Both the position numbers and the translations under genes were made by a program. Shown one piece after another: positions 26,311-49,122 of a DNA stretch of 64,000 nt; the stretch's first letter is position 1; the number at the start of each line of letters is the position of its first letter. Below the pieces are notes generated by a model. It saw only the letters and a list, made by a program, of their open reading frames with translations. It was not told where the DNA came from and did no database searches. The DNA comes from Amoebidium appalachense. Its lineage: Eukaryota; Protista; Ichthyosporea. Where the stretch lies: NCBI GenBank assembly GCA_963693365.1, contig CAVNZM010000017.1:5198708-5262707 (forward strand), read 5' to 3'.

Positions 26311-27182
26311 AAGGGGGGCATTCCTGGGGGAAACGGGGGGAGGGGGGGGGGGGAGGGGGGGAGGGGCACCTGGGGGAACGGGCATGGGGGGTGGGGTGGG
26401 GGTGTTAATGCGGAAGAACGGGGGGGGGGGGGGGGGGGGGGGGGACGGGCGAGGGGGGCGGGGGGAAGGGGGGAGGGGGAGAGGGGGTTGGGGGGGTTGG
26501 GGGGATGATCTACTAAGGCACCGGTACTGAAAATCATCGTGCTATGATACATACATTTAACTGAAGGGAGTGGAGGAGAGGTGTTTCTTTAAATGAACGG
26601 GGAGAGGGGGAGGAAGGAGTGAGGAGGTCTACAAAACAGTGCCAACAATTCACTCGACGGTCTGGTGCATATTCACATAACTGGATGTAGGAGGACATAT
26701 ATCGGGTGCTTCATGCGGGAGGGCTAAATAGCTAAATTACTCGGTTTACGAAGTGGGGAAAAGGTTATTTGCATGGGATACTCAAACTCGGCTAATGTAT
26801 GGGGTTGGCTATAGAAGCTGGAGGGGAAGGGTGGGAGGATGGGGACGGAGGGGTGGGTGGGTGGGCGGAGGAGGGGGAGGGGGGGGGGGGGGGAGGGGGA
26901 GGGAGGGATAAGGGCTGCGGTGCAAACAAATCTTGACTAAAATCCCGGTGCAAAAATATCCTGTGACAGGGGGGGGGGGGGGGAAGGTGGTTGGGGGGAG
27001 GGGAAGGGGGGGGGGGAGAAGGAGGGATTGACTCCCACAACTTGATATGGCGTTAACACCGTCATGACCTACTAGCGGCGACAATCAAATGATCACCAAT
27101 ACATGCGCTGGCACGCTCATATGCGCAAGCACACATCCACATCCACACACACGCACGCACGCACACACACGCACACACACAT

Positions 27183-27248
<66 letters not shown>

Positions 27249-27867
27249 TACACACACACACACACACACACACCGGCACGCGCTGTCGAACACGCCCCAC
27301 ACGCACGTGCACGCGTATGACATTGTGCACACACGCACACACCCATAGCACACATTCAGAATACCATCACAGTGTCACGTACGCAAACATACTGGCACAC
27401 TCCAATAGGAACAGGAAAGAGGATCCTGAGTGTCACTCAATCACACTGTGGCACACTGCTGGCACACTCAGAGTCCAAAACAGATTGAAAGGAGAAACAC
27501 AGAAAAACAGATAATCTGTGTGAACGCTCGAGAACACGTGTACGGGTCCACGTGACGGACCGGGCGCATGCACACATAAACATGCATGCACATGCACACA
27601 TGCCCACGCTTGGCAATGCAAGCAGATAGGTGCAAACATGTGCACACACAACACACACACACACACACACACACTTAATTTTGCAGTCACACTCCGACAC
27701 TGCCACGAAAGCATGCTAAAGACGGATGGCCGTGATGTGGCATCATCATGTGCGCACATATACACACAAGTTGCCAACAGGCTCTCTCTCTCTAGAGAAT
27801 GTGCCGCCTCAATTGGTCTAGATTTCTAACTTCCTGTTCTGGCCCCCCTTCCCCCTCCCCCCCCCCC

Positions 27868-27908
<41 letters not shown>

Positions 27909-28219
27909 CCCCCCCCCCCCCCTCCCCCCCTCGTGAGACCCACTCGAGTGTCTTTCTTCTCTCTCTTTCCCTTGATCTCTCTCTCGAGGTTTTCTCTCTC
28001 TAGATCCGAGAGTCTCTTTTCTCTCTCTCTCTCCCTCCTCTCTAGCTCCGGTCCCCCGGATCTCTCTCTTCTCCCTCTCTCTCTTTCAAAGGCCGCCCTC
28101 TCTCTTCACTCTCCCTGCCCCCTCTCTCTCTCTCTCTCTCTCTCCCCCCCCCCCCCCCTCTCTCTCGCTATCTCTCTCTCTCTCTCTGTCTCCTCTCGCC
28201 TCTCTCTCTGTCTCTCTCC

Positions 28220-28250
<31 letters not shown>

Positions 28251-28348
28251 ACCTCTCGCTCGCTCTCTCCCTCTTCCCCCCCCCTCCTCTCTCCCCCTCC
28301 CCCCCCCCCTCCCTCTTCCATCTGGACCTATGTCTCTTTCCCCCCCCC

Positions 28349-28384
<36 letters not shown>

Positions 28385-28674
28385 ACCACCACCACCACCT
28401 CCCCCCTATCTCTCTCACGTATCTCAGCCAGTTTAGCTTTCTTAGACTGGCGAAGCTCAAGCCGTCCAGGCCCGCGGCGCAAGGCCATCATGATGCATGA
28501 TGGGCGATGGTCATGGTCGGATAAGACTGGCCGGATATCGATCCACTCTATGGGGTAAAAAAACAAGACGTGTAGCACCTGCAGTAGTAGCCGTATGAGG
28601 CAGGTACGTACGGTCACGGGGGAATGTGTGACGTACCTACTAAAACTCATATCGAGAGATATAGTAGAGGGCTA

Positions 28675-28943
28675 CCACCTACTGAGGCGGTCTCTCCTTT
28701 TTTTTTTTTTTTTTTTTTAACTTAAAAGGGCCGCCTGAGTAGATGTATAACGTCGCACGTGCGGCAACACGTCAGTACGTGTTAGAGTAGAGGGGGGAGG
28801 TCATAAGTTGGCCTGTACATGAGTTTGTATCTAACACGTACTGACGTGTTGCCGAACGTGCGACGTTATAATACATCTACTCAGGCGGCCAAAAAAAAAA
28901 AAAAAGAAAAAAAAAATAAAGGAGACACCGCCTCAGTAGGTGG
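28675..28943. mobile_element. Foldback MITE with TA target duplication (Tc1/mariner-like)
   Basis: Arms of about 110 bp are near-perfect inverted repeats (CCACCTACTGAGGCGGT...ACCGCCTCAGTAGGTGG), flanked by TA on both sides. Confidence 0.8.
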
Positions 28944-31825
28944 TAGAGTTTGTATGTGCGATGGTCACTCGTCCCGTGCACGTGAGTATGCAATCCGTGC
29001 ACTGCCACGGTCGTTGTGACATGATGATGCGCTGCTGGCAACCTAGCGCAGGTCACACGACTCACGCGGCGCATGTGGCTGCAACAGACGTGCGAGTCGA
29101 CGACGTGGCAGAAAGTACACAAATCAGACCCGGGCCCCTGCATGTACTGTATCCGTCCCCCTATCCGCCCCGCCCTTCCCCTTTCTGAGGGCCCCCTCCA
29201 CTCCCTCCCTCCCGTTTCAGTGTCAGGTTGGTGGGGTGCAGATGTGCTTCTTGTACTTGTACATACCATGGTGGATGGGTGGGTGGGTGTCACTGGTGTA
29301 CAACGACGGTGGTGGGTCGATCATGGTGGGTCTTCGAATGCCGTGCCCATGCCCGTTCTTTGCCAACGCACATATTTCTGGCGGGCCGCGGCTCACTGCA
29401 AGACCGGCGTGCACACTCAGTCGGAGGCCGTTCGCATGCGAATCTGCTACCATGGAAAGCACGTGACCTCAAGGTGCCGTTCTTTCTTCCTTTTCAACGG
29501 CATACGTATTGTTTCCATGCCAAATGTACTATAAACATAGAAGTATTATTTAGTGTTTTACTTTATTTCCAGGTGTTACATACGTATTTTGTGACGGGTT
29601 CAATCAACATATGCCCCCCCACGAGAGTCCCGTGATCAATGATTCATTGGCATGACTCATCGTATTTGGAACCCTGTATGGCGGCGGCCGCCCAATCGCT
29701 GCACTTGGCATCGCCTGCAGGTTATGAGCTTTGTAAGTATGGTGCCAGGAAAAGCGTTTCTCAAGCTGGAACATGATTTTCAGATTTTTCAACCATAGGT
29801 AGACCCAAAGGATTAAGAACCTTCTGAGCCCTCGACTCACATTATAAGGCATTACCGATTTCACACCCTGCTTTCATTGTGTAAGATCAATTGGTGGTTA
29901 TACATTCTTTCAAGTGCAAGCCGCGATGATTGGATGTTTTTATCTGCGACCCGAGGGATGTAAATACCGTATTTGTACCTAGGTCCAGGCTGTGAAATCA
30001 TTGATCGGTTACCTGGCCTAAAGATCCCAAGATATGTTCTTGATTCTCAGGTTAAGTCTAATAGTTTTCAACCAGTTGCTAATTTAGTCCCAAAATAAGA
30101 TATAAGGCTCTTTTAGGCGCCCTGATTTAGAGATCCGGTTACGAAACTGCCAGCTCATCGGTATACCATTAGAACTCAAATTTCACACCCTGAAATGGCA
30201 GAGAAATTTATATGTGTGGAATGTCCTTCTAGACTTGGCCATACAAATTATCTAGACGTCCCAGGGACATTACCAGCGGCCAACCATCGTGATAATCATA
30301 AGCTGTAATAAAGCCTTCTTTTGGGTTTTCAACAGTGAAAATGTATCCGAATTTTTCATGAAATCTTTTTTTTTCTTCCTTTATTTACACACTTTTCAAA
30401 GAGCGTTCGGCGTTGCAGCTGCGCGTGGTCGTCAGTCATCCGATTCCACCGGATCTGGAATTCTGGATACCCGGATCACAAGATATATCCAAGGATATCA
30501 TAATATCGATCGATGACTTTCCGCAAAGTTTTTGCCTTATTTGTCCGTCTCTTGGGGTGCTTGTGTTAACGACATTTAGGAAACCCTCACATATTACTCG
30601 TCAACACATTTACAAAGTTGCGACTTGCGCCATACATGAACTCCGAAGTTGCCAATAGTAGTACGTTCGGGCCTGGTAAGAGGTTTTTTTTCGGAGGTTC
30701 TTTCCTACCCGAATTCCCAAATAGTCTAGGGGGTTTAATGCAGCAACGAAGAAGCCACTATTGCTGCGCACGTGCCCGGAGTGTGACTAGTCTATTCTGT
30801 TGACGGCATGTGGCTCATTGGCTTTTTTGCATGAAATTTGAAGGAAAGTGTGTACATAGAGAGAGGAACACAAAGAACTTAAGTAATAATGAATAGACAA
30901 ACTTATATTTGAATATGTTTTATATGCGTTTCACTTCTTTAAGGTCCATTAGGGAGTGTTCGAGCTCTATTGTCATGGCCTTTGTCATGGTCATTTGCAC
31001 GGACTGCGGTTTACATACATGTACATGTCACGAGTGGAGACTTGCTTGATGAAATACAGGAAAAGGCTTCATGCAGGATACGTTGTGTAGCCTCTATAGA
31101 CTACCCTAAGTTCGCATCTATTCGCCTCGCTGGCATTATCACGGTCTCAGTTGTGCTATATACTTGTAGGTGTTTGAGGTTGTGTGCTCACGATTAGCTA
31201 CACTATGATATAGCTGACATATGCCTATAATAGATGCATGCTTATCATTGAATGATAAACGCAGAAGCAAGGGAAGGCTTCACTGCTAAAGTTTGTGTTA
31301 GTTTGTTTACATATGATGGCATGCCCTTTTTCTATGGCAACCACATTTTTCCTTCTAGGCTACAAGCTCTTTCAAGTTGGTTGCTAATATCGTTAACCGT
31401 ACGTGCAGTATAATTCAAGTGAGTTATTCCGTTTATTGCGAATTAGAGAGACTCAGCTCTTATCAGAATCCAAATTCAGATCACAGTGACCCGGCGCGCT
31501 CTTTTTACCACTGAGTGGGAAGCTATGGCTAAGTTAGGGACACAAGTGTTTCATTCTTTCCTTTCCTAGACGTAGTTAGAATGATCATGTACACACGACA
31601 CGTGTTTTTTCCGCAACAAGACAAGTAGAACCAAGAGATTACATTATACAGTTGTAATTTACCACTGTTAAGAGCATAATAGTCAACATCGCATGGAAAA
31701 GTCCACCAAAAAAATACACAAGTATATCCAAGAGATTACCACACGCATCAACACATAACCACACACATCAACAATTTACACCTCACCTTAAGCACCATCA
31801 AACATCGACCACATGGTCAGTAACC

Positions 31826-32894
31826 ATGTCAGTGACCATGGAAAGTATTCTTTCTTTCCATTCCGACCCAACCACCCACTTCCTCTCACGAGAGGCGGAG
31901 GCCAGTAACAACCTGGATTCAGAGATTATTCCCAAACCTGACGAAACTGCAAACAGTGAGAGTCCGCCACAACAGGAAGACAACGAGTATGTGCTTCATT
32001 CTCTCTCTCCCCCCCCCCTTCTCATGTCCCTCTTCCCCTCCCCCTCTTCAAGTCCTCCCTCCCCCCTCCCCCCAGCAGCCCCCCCTCCCCCCCCCCCTAC
32101 CCTCCCCTCCCCTCCTCCCCGCCTCGCATCCGCCTCACGACGAGGTAAATGGTTCGGAATGGGGTACCGTGGAAGAGTTTGCAACCTTTTTAGGATGGGT
32201 CGTACTTGTGATGAGCACACTGTGTGCACTGCAACGCCTACATTGTGTTGTCCGTTGTGAATTTGTACATCACGTTCCGTGACGCATTCTACTCTTTCCT
32301 TCCTCCCCTCCCCCCTCCCCGCCCCCCTCCCCCCGGAAGGTACATCTTAGTACTGCACTGTGCGAACATTGCTCTGCACAACCGTGACTACAACGTTCTG
32401 GCGCTTTGAGGCACATGAATTTCTACTTCTGTTGGCAAGGATGTACGCATGTGGATGGAAATCTCATCTTCATGTGCCATCTCAGTTTTGTGCTTAGAGT
32501 GGTGCACACTACCCCCCCTCTCCCCCCCCCCCCCCCCCCCCCCCCCCCGCCCGCCCCCCTTCAACACACACACACACACCACCACCACCATCGCCACCAT
32601 TGTATTTCGTGAATGACTACGTGAAGTTCGAAAAACATTTGAACTTAAGGAAAGTGTCTACGTGTGTGTGTGGGTGAATGGGTGGGTGGGGGGGGGGAGG
32701 GGGGGGGGGGGGGGGGGGAGACTTATCCCTGTACCATCAATATCTTGTAGTCGTTATCAAACCGTGTTCTGACCAAGAGAAAACAAAAACTTGCTCTCCT
32801 CCCCAACCCCCCAACCCCCCCCCCTCCCTCCCTCCAAAAGAAAAGCACACACACAAACACACATGCGTAGGCTTTACACCGAGCACACACACAC

Positions 32895-32971
<77 letters not shown>

Positions 32972-33169
32972 AGTGACGGCTCAAGGCCGCGTATTCGTCG
33001 CCGTCGCACCTTTCAAGAGCTTAAGCGAGACATTGTGTGTCCGTTTGAAGGCTGTGAGAGGGTATATGCATCAAAGCATGCCCTGCAGCAGGTTTGCTTA
33101 CCCCCTCCTTCCCTGTGCCCCCCACGCCCCCACGCCCCCACCCTAGCCTTTCCCTCTCCCCCTCCCCCC

Positions 33170-33200
<31 letters not shown>

Positions 33201-33248
33201 ATACATCCAAAAAGAATGTGAGGTTAGTAAAGTGGCAAACACACGGAT

Positions 33249-33333
<85 letters not shown>

Positions 33334-34045
33334 AAGCACACGGACACACACACACAAACACAGGCACGTACGCAATTACACGTCCCATTGTGTCGCGGTT
33401 TCTGTTTTGTTTGTTTTTGTTTTTCCGGCCCTCTATTCGCTAATGCAGCCTAGACTCTGTTTTTGGCTGTGCACCGTTTGCACAGGTTCCTGGTGCCTCC
33501 CCGATATCCGCCTCCCCCTCCCGAGACACACATGCATCACGTGCACACATACACACACACACAACACACACACACACACACACACACGCTACACACACAC
33601 ACACTATCCACACACATTCGTAAGTGTAAGTGTAAACAGGTTCATGTCTTTTTATGCCCAGCATCTCATTCCCTTTCTTTCCCGGTACCCTTGTTGCATG
33701 TGCAATCTCAAGTGATTTGATTGCTCTTGAACACCTTCAAATACCACCCCATGGCTTGGTGTCCGTATGCACAACGTGTTTATAAATGTCTAAATGCCTA
33801 AGGGAGCATTGATTTTGAACCCAGGGGGGGGGGGGGGGTAGTAGCAAGTTTAGGGGGGGGGGGTACCCGCCACCCCGCGAGAGGTCGAGTCCCCCCCCCC
33901 CCCCCCCCCCCTCTCCCCCCGGTGGGGGGGGTACCCACCATGCCCCTAACCCCCGAAACTTTCTACTACCCCCTCCCCGGTTTCAAAATCAACGCTCCCT
34001 AAACTTAGTGTCTAAAAGTTTTCCCCCGTACGCTTTCGTGCGTTT

Positions 34046-34142
<97 letters not shown>

Positions 34143-34228
34143 AGCACATACGCCTGAAGCATTATGGGCCTGGAGCAAATGGCATGTCGATGCTTCAGGC
34201 AGAGGACACCCTCTCATTAATGTGTAAG

Positions 34229-34276
<48 letters not shown>

Positions 34277-34772
34277 ACACACACATACACACACACATAC
34301 AAAAAAAAAAAAAGAAAAGAAAACAGACAATAAATGATATACATAGCCAATCCGCGCCTCCTGCACCCTGTCTCATTTTGTTACAAGTTCTGTATGGTGA
34401 GTTTGTTTGTTGTGTTTTTGACGGTAGGGAAGGCAGGGGGGAGGGGGAAAGAGGATGAGTGGGAGGGAGGTGATGTTTGCCAATGTCTAGTGCTTGCATT
34501 CCCCGGCACCAACTCCACCCCAACACACACACGTACACACGCATACACACACACACACACACAGACACACACACAACTCGTTGCTTAATAACAGTCGGAG
34601 ATATGGTGTTCTTTCCCGTTGTTTTTTTCAATTTTCGTTAGCAGAGAGGTGGTTCGTCCTCCACTCTGCAATTTCCGACCAACAGTTTTGTGTTCCCCAC
34701 CGAGCATGGACGTGCGCACAAACACGACCTTGATTCCCCGTGACTTTTTCTTTCTCTGGATCAATTACTCAT

Positions 34773-34810
<38 letters not shown>

Positions 34811-34829
34811 CACCCACACTCACTCACTC

Positions 34830-34904
<75 letters not shown>

Positions 34905-36652
34905 CCCCCCCCCCCCCCCCCCCCCCCAACACACACACACACACACACGCACGCACGCACGCACGCACGCACAAACACACACACACACGCACACACACAC
35001 AAATAGCCTCCACGGGTGGCAGCGTAGGGAGCGTCAAATCACGCCGTGTCCGTTCAAACAGTCTCCCGTCGCTTATGGTTACAGGCTCCTCGCTACCAAC
35101 TATTCCCCAACCCCACCCGAGCAAAAATTCCGCCCCAAAACGCCGTCAATCCGACCCCAACAACACACTCGTTTTGGATTTCCAGGCCTCCGTTGCAAAT
35201 TCCGGAAATGGGGGTCCCAATGGGCTCTCCGTGGGACAAAAATCAAGTGACGACGGGAGAAAAATGACTACGTCGCGGAGAAAACGCGCAATTTCGAACC
35301 CGATTTACGGTACGTCGACGTCATCCCTAGAGCAAATCAAGGAGGACGTACCCATAATTTCGACCATCATGCCAAATGGCACCCCGTCGGGACCCCCCAC
35401 AAACATGGTAGGGCAGGTGGATAACCCCCAAGCGGCCGGAAATATGATGCAACACGTCAACCCGCAACTTTCGCAAGCCGCAATAGACGCTTTCTGTCAG
35501 CAGATTATTGAAGACGCCAGTGACAACCTCCCAATGATGTCCAACCAAACTTTTGTTCCCCCTCGGTATCCCGACGTGCCATTGGCCTGTCATCACGCGC
35601 CCGATTTGACGTGTCAGGATCCGAGCCAGTCACAGCAAATTTCGTTCAACGCGGGGGTTCTACATCATATTTGGGGCCAACAGCAACCGACCCCGCCACC
35701 AAATCCCAACACTATGGACGGATTTAGGTTTAACGGGGGATTCCCCCACCCGTCGTTGATGGGCGGAATGCCGGTGATGGGTGGTCACGTGATGGATGGG
35801 AACGTGGAAGGAATGCAAGTTATTAGTGCAATGGTGCCGCCATCGCAAATGATTGGGCCAGGATCACACCCTTTAGTCGCCGGGCAGATGCACCCGCCGC
35901 TCCCCTTACCACCCATGATGGGTGGGGACGGGAATAAACTCCCCCTCCGTCCTACCCTTTCCCTTCCGCTTCCCGATACGGGAAACGGGATGGGGATGCA
36001 ACAAAATAACATGAACATGAATTTCGGGGGTGCAAGACTGGGGCAACAACCGGGGAACAAAGAACGGAGGGTGACGCAGGGGGTAATCAGTTTTCGACCG
36101 GGGCTCCGCGCGAAAAAGACGGATGCCAACGGGAGGGTGAGAAAGCGAAAAGATTCAACGGAAATTCGTAAGGGAAAAGGTACCGAACAGGAAAACAACA
36201 AACTGCCAGCCGCGCGATTGGGTAAAAGTCACGAACCGCAACAGAACGACGCAAAGTTCTCGAACCCCGCAGACGTGAAACCGCCGGTTTCGCCGACGAT
36301 GGCGTTGATGATCGAAAACGACCAAGTGGGAGAGCTTCTGATGGAGTTGTCGCACGTGACAATGTCGGAAATGGGAAATTCCGATAATAACATTCGCGGA
36401 ATCCCGAGTTCAAGCTTCGACAACACGCCGTTTTTGTCGAGTCCAGCGATTAAGGATGAGGTTATGGAAGAGAGTTTTGGGCCAATGGCGATGAGGCAGA
36501 TCGGTGGATCGACGTCGGCGTCCAATGGGACGGGGGATGAGTCGTCGAGCGCGGACGGTCTGAGCATTGATTGGACGAATGTCATGCAGGAAGAGGAGGC
36601 GCAGTCCATCCACGTGCTCACACGCGAGCTACGCGATCTGATTGATGCATGA
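31826..36652 (+). CDS. Single C2H2 zinc-finger transcription factor, Con7-like (~667 aa, 4 exons)
   Basis: Exons 31826-31986, 32974-33091, 34145-34223 and 35007-36652 join in frame at GT-AG sites. The finger is split across exons 2 and 3: RPRIRRRRTFQELKRDIVCPFEGCERVYASKHALQQ|HIRLKH. Long Q/M/P-rich C-terminal region. Confidence 0.8.
33802..33999. mobile_element. PIF/Harbinger-type MITE in zinc-finger gene intron 2
   Basis: TIR GGGAGCATTGATTTTGAA / TTCAAAATCAACGCTCCC (one mismatch) with TAA on both sides and further internal inverted symmetry. Confidence 0.8.
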
Positions 36653-36883
36653 AAGGTTTTTAGGTATTACTCGTGAGTGCAGTGCGAGTTGCGCGCAGTA
36701 GTAATAATATTAGACGGATACATGCTGCAATGAGTTGTGTGTGCACATAGTAGCAAACACACGTGCCCGCCATTAGTCAGTACAGATTCGTGCCCGAATA
36801 CGCACGAAGACGTCATGCCGTACTCCAGCACGCACACGCATGCGCAGATATATGCACGGTTGCGGGGGCGCACGCGCGTGCGT

Positions 36884-36962
<79 letters not shown>

Positions 36963-37498
36963 TACACGTACGCACACACATATGCACAGACACACACACC
37001 GTGAAAACTGCGAGTGATAACCTGCGAAGGGGGGGCTGGGGGGGGCACCTAGTCGTGGAATTTTAGTTTGTCGCGGGGGGGGGGGGGGGGGGGGGGGGGG
37101 GGGTCAATGTTGATCAGAGATGTGTGATAATCGAAAGTAGTCTAGGAAACAGAAGAAGCTGACTGTTGAGCGCTTCTTTATAGATATATAGGCATAGAGA
37201 TATACAGGGAAAATTTAGGTTTCTGATGAATTTTGTTTGGGATATATTTAAGATATATTTGCATGTTTCGGAAATATATTCAATTGATGTAAGGTATCGG
37301 AACTGAGGTGTTGGGAGTGTATGATGACTTGGTATGTTACTAAATGAACAACTGTTTAGATGATTAACGCAATGTGTGCTGTCATGATAGATGGCCGATA
37401 TCGATTGCACTTTTAACGAGAATACGTTCATTGATTGATGCTAATCGATATATGCTTAGGCTTTGCTAAAGTTGATATATCAAGAGTTTAGTGCTCTG

Positions 37499-37550
<52 letters not shown>

Positions 37551-38057
37551 GCACACATCACACACACGTACACAAACACACGCACACACGCATACGCACA
37601 CACACACATGTCGCACACACACACACACACATCACACACACACACACACACACACACACATCACACACACACGCACACACACACGTCATAATGGTCTCTA
37701 TGTAGGTTATATTAACCTGAAAGATGCTATTACGATGAAGTTAGATAATGATGTCGTACTTTCATGCATATGACCCATGGGACTTTGTCCTCCAGATGAT
37801 TAAACGTGACTATTGCTAAAAAAAACCGCAGTGCGAAACTTTGATCTGTGTGCACGTTGACATTTTGCAAAGTGGCGTCAACTTAAGGCAGACAGTGTGC
37901 GGTGAATTCTAAGCCTTCCTAATTTAGTATGATGTAGTCACCCTCTGTACATTGAACTAGGGGTTGCCGGGGAGGCAGGTCGCGATCAACGTTTTCGAAT
38001 AAGGGGATCCAAACTGTCTAAAACCGTGTGTGTGTTTGTGTGTGTGTGCGTGCGTGC

Positions 38058-38139
<82 letters not shown>

Positions 38140-39031
38140 ACTAGATCTAGGGTGATGGGTGAGGGGGGGGGGGGGTGCGCCGGAGGGGGCCCCAGACGCA
38201 AGAGAATGCTGAAGACAGCACGAAGGATAAGGTCACGAGGAGAATTCACACGTACATGTACAGCCGAACATATAACGCATTGACGGCAATATCTCGAAGT
38301 GGTATCAACCATGAAGCCAGTTCTGCAGATTGGGTTTGCACATTTGCACAATCTTCAAACATGTACGTAGAATGTGCGAATTTGACGTATAAAAAAAAGG
38401 GAATTTCAATAGTGTATGTGGTGTCGGGGCCTTATGATTATGCAAGTGGCCAGCCACAATACCGCAGATATGGAGTGAGCCAGAGCCTACCAGAGGCTTC
38501 TGTTACCGCACACGTATTATACATTGGATACAGTCACAGTGATGTTGCCTAATTAGGGAATAGTGCAGCATGTACAGGTGCGCAAGATGTGTGTGTGTGT
38601 GTGTCCCTCGTGGTCATTCCGGAAGAAGCGTATATATGTAGATCTGTCCCCCTCCCCCCCTCCCTCCCCCCCCCCCCCCCCCCAAAAAAAAATAAATAAA
38701 TAAAAAATAAAAATAAAATAAATAAATAAATAAATAAATAATAAACAAACAAAAAAACAAACAAACAAATAAATAAATAACCTACCGAAAAAGAAAAAAA
38801 AAATTACGACGAAACTAATACTAAAACTTCTGACAGCACAAACATACCAGCAAGCAAAACCAAGCTCAACCAAAGGAAAAACCAAAAACGATAGCCTAAG
38901 GCTTACTGATGAAATTACACCCACGCTTCCATTGCCAAAATACACAAAAGTACCAAGCAGAATGTTCGTTCGTTCGCACTCCTTCCTCTTCTCGGTCTTT
39001 TTTTTATTTTTTTTTATACCAAATTAGGTTA

Positions 39032-47820
<8,789 letters not shown>

Positions 47821-49122
47821 GTTTGCTTGGTGGAAAAAAACTGGTGGGTGAGAAAGTGTGACGTTGCCGTTTGTCCACACTCGTGAAAAACACCGAGGCG
47901 TGCTCCACCAAGAAGGGGAAAAACCTTGAGTAGAACGATCAACTGAAATCTGGCTATACTGGGGATGTCGGATGCTTGCCCTGTGCCTATGGAATGTTTG
48001 GTTACGGAGAGTGACAGGAAGAACGCGATGGAAAAGCTCAATGAAATTGATGTTGCCTTAAGAAGAAAAAATTCAACTCATAACCTGAGTATGAATCTGC
48101 CAATTCAGTCAAGGAATTGAAGTGTAAAAAGTGTAAATTCCTGCCTTCTTGTTGCGCTCCTTCGCAAAGCTTTGATCGTCTCAAAAAAAAAATGGCAGCA
48201 CTAGTCTTTACTTTGTCTATACTAGCCGTGAGCCAGGGGACTTTTCGTCGAGCCCCCGCACCAATCATATCGCTTGATTTCTGGAATGGAATATGACGTC
48301 AGACTTTTCGTTGATGCAACGCACCAATTGAATTAGACTATCTATAATTTTAACCAATTTAAGCGCCTCTTTTGAACTAGAATAAAAAAGCAATAGCGCT
48401 TGATGATTGGTTTAATTCTGAGGTACAGATCTGGCTCATCAATGTGCTAATTTTACATTTTGTGATTGGTTTGAATGCTAATGATTGAGCCAATTGTTGC
48501 GTTCCAACTAACTGCGATTGCACTCCTCTGAGCTGAGATCTTGGACTTCGCTAGTACCATAACACTTTGGGATGATAAAGCGGATTTTTTTCGCCCATTC
48601 GGCTAGCATGAAAACAAACCGCTCTAATAAAAAATTAATCGCTTAGATATTAGGAAGTTTGTCAGATTTCAAATTTTCAAAACTTACCTTGGTTTTGATT
48701 GGATGCACATTTTCTTAATCGCCTAGAGATCGCACGCAATTTATTGGGTGCCGCCTGGCACCTGTGACCCTGTTTATCTTTTTCCCGTTCTGTTCATCAC
48801 TTTTCTGTGTTTTCTCACATTGACTCTTTGTCTTTTTGTGCTCACCGCGCCAACACATTTATTTCAAGGGTGACACAAGTAGCTTTGGAGTCTTTTTGTC
48901 AATATAGGTCTCTACTTTTTGGTTCATTCCTTGTGCAGTAGCCTTTCCCGCTTTGTGAAGTCAGGGGATTCTTGAGCTTTATCCACTTCTACCCGTCCGC
49001 CGTGCGATCCCTGGCAGATCTGAGCTACGTTGGTTAATTCTGGAGCTCTCCCTGTCCCTGAAGCGAAGTAGCTAGTGCTATTTTCAAAAACTGTTCACTA
49101 TATACAAGCAAGAAAGCGTAAA
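47821..49122. promoter_or_regulatory. Putative bidirectional promoter between COPS6 and LAMTOR1
   Basis: 1.3-kb spacer without microsatellite between divergent start codons. At least seven CCAAT/ATTGG boxes lie between ~48320 and 48750. Confidence 0.6.

Noticed and set aside
29330-29450. Degenerate C2H2 linker (HTQS/RPFACE)
   Set aside because: It needs frameshifts and lacks correct Cys/His spacing, so it is too weak to call.
34619-35006. N-terminal part of the 677-aa ORF
   Set aside because: It is intronic repeat read-through. The real exon begins at the acceptor at 35006/35007.
37114-38552. Short ORFs between the zinc-finger gene and COPS6
   Set aside because: No recognisable motif and no consistent splice model.
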